This document shows positions 64,000-64,000 of a stretch of 64,000 bases of DNA, in pieces. Under the pieces are notes generated by a model, which saw only the letters and a program-made list of their open reading frames with translations, had not been told where the DNA came from and searched no databases. This stretch comes from Candidatus Omnitrophota bacterium (GTDB lineage: Bacteria; Omnitrophota; Gorgyraeia; 2-02-FULL-51-18), in the NCBI GenBank assembly GCA_016197155.1, contig JACPWF010000036.1, forward strand, positions 931 through 64,930, read 5' to 3'. The position numbers and the translations under genes were made by a program. Within the stretch, counting starts at the first letter, position 1. Each line of letters starts with the position of its first letter.

Positions 64000-64000
64000 A

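Overview
High-GC (~60-65%) bacterial chromosomal segment carrying almost entirely conserved housekeeping genes. 60 of 61 genes lie on the + strand.

Gene content, in order:
- prepilin peptidase (3' part), aroC, aroK, dprA, topA, xerC
- a large lipopolysaccharide (LPS) inner-core/lipid A/Kdo cluster: waaA, lpxK, an LpxL-like acyltransferase fused to an ELM1/DUF1022 domain, a GT4-GT9 fusion, a polysaccharide deacetylase, a GT9, a tandem GT9-GT9, a secreted hypothetical protein, heptose kinase, kdsB, pyrG, kdsA, kdsD, kdsC, lptC, lptB
- hpf, tig, clpP, a class V aminotransferase plus serA, purA, uppS-cdsA-dxr-rseP-proS, rimP-nusA-infB, trpS, scpAB
- an aromatic amino acid block (pheA, hisC, DAHP synthase, tyrA) interrupted by a mazEF toxin-antitoxin pair
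- cmk, plsC, rpsA, tyrS, a FecR-domain protein plus a CHASE2-GGDEF diguanylate cyclase
- a complete rRNA operon (16S, tRNA-Ile, tRNA-Ala, 23S, 5S), then mgtC-like, family-4 UDG, a PilZ protein (- strand), a VIT-family transporter, cspA and yebC (partial)

No single novel multi-gene system is evident. The unusual features are:
1. The 23S rRNA gene carries three group I introns: an ORF-less one at E. coli position L1917, one at L1931, and one at about L2604, the latter two each encoding a LAGLIDADG homing endonuclease. The first two flank a 14-nt micro-exon.
2. The 16S gene lacks about 190 nt covering the universally conserved 530 loop.
3. infB carries an in-frame TAG at a conserved Glu codon, immediately followed by an in-frame GTG.
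4. topA carries an in-frame N-terminal ThiS/MoaD-like beta-grasp domain ending in GGG.
5. An exact 26-nt palindrome-containing repeat is embedded in-frame in two unrelated genes (topA and a heptosyltransferase), encoding the same 9-residue peptide in both.
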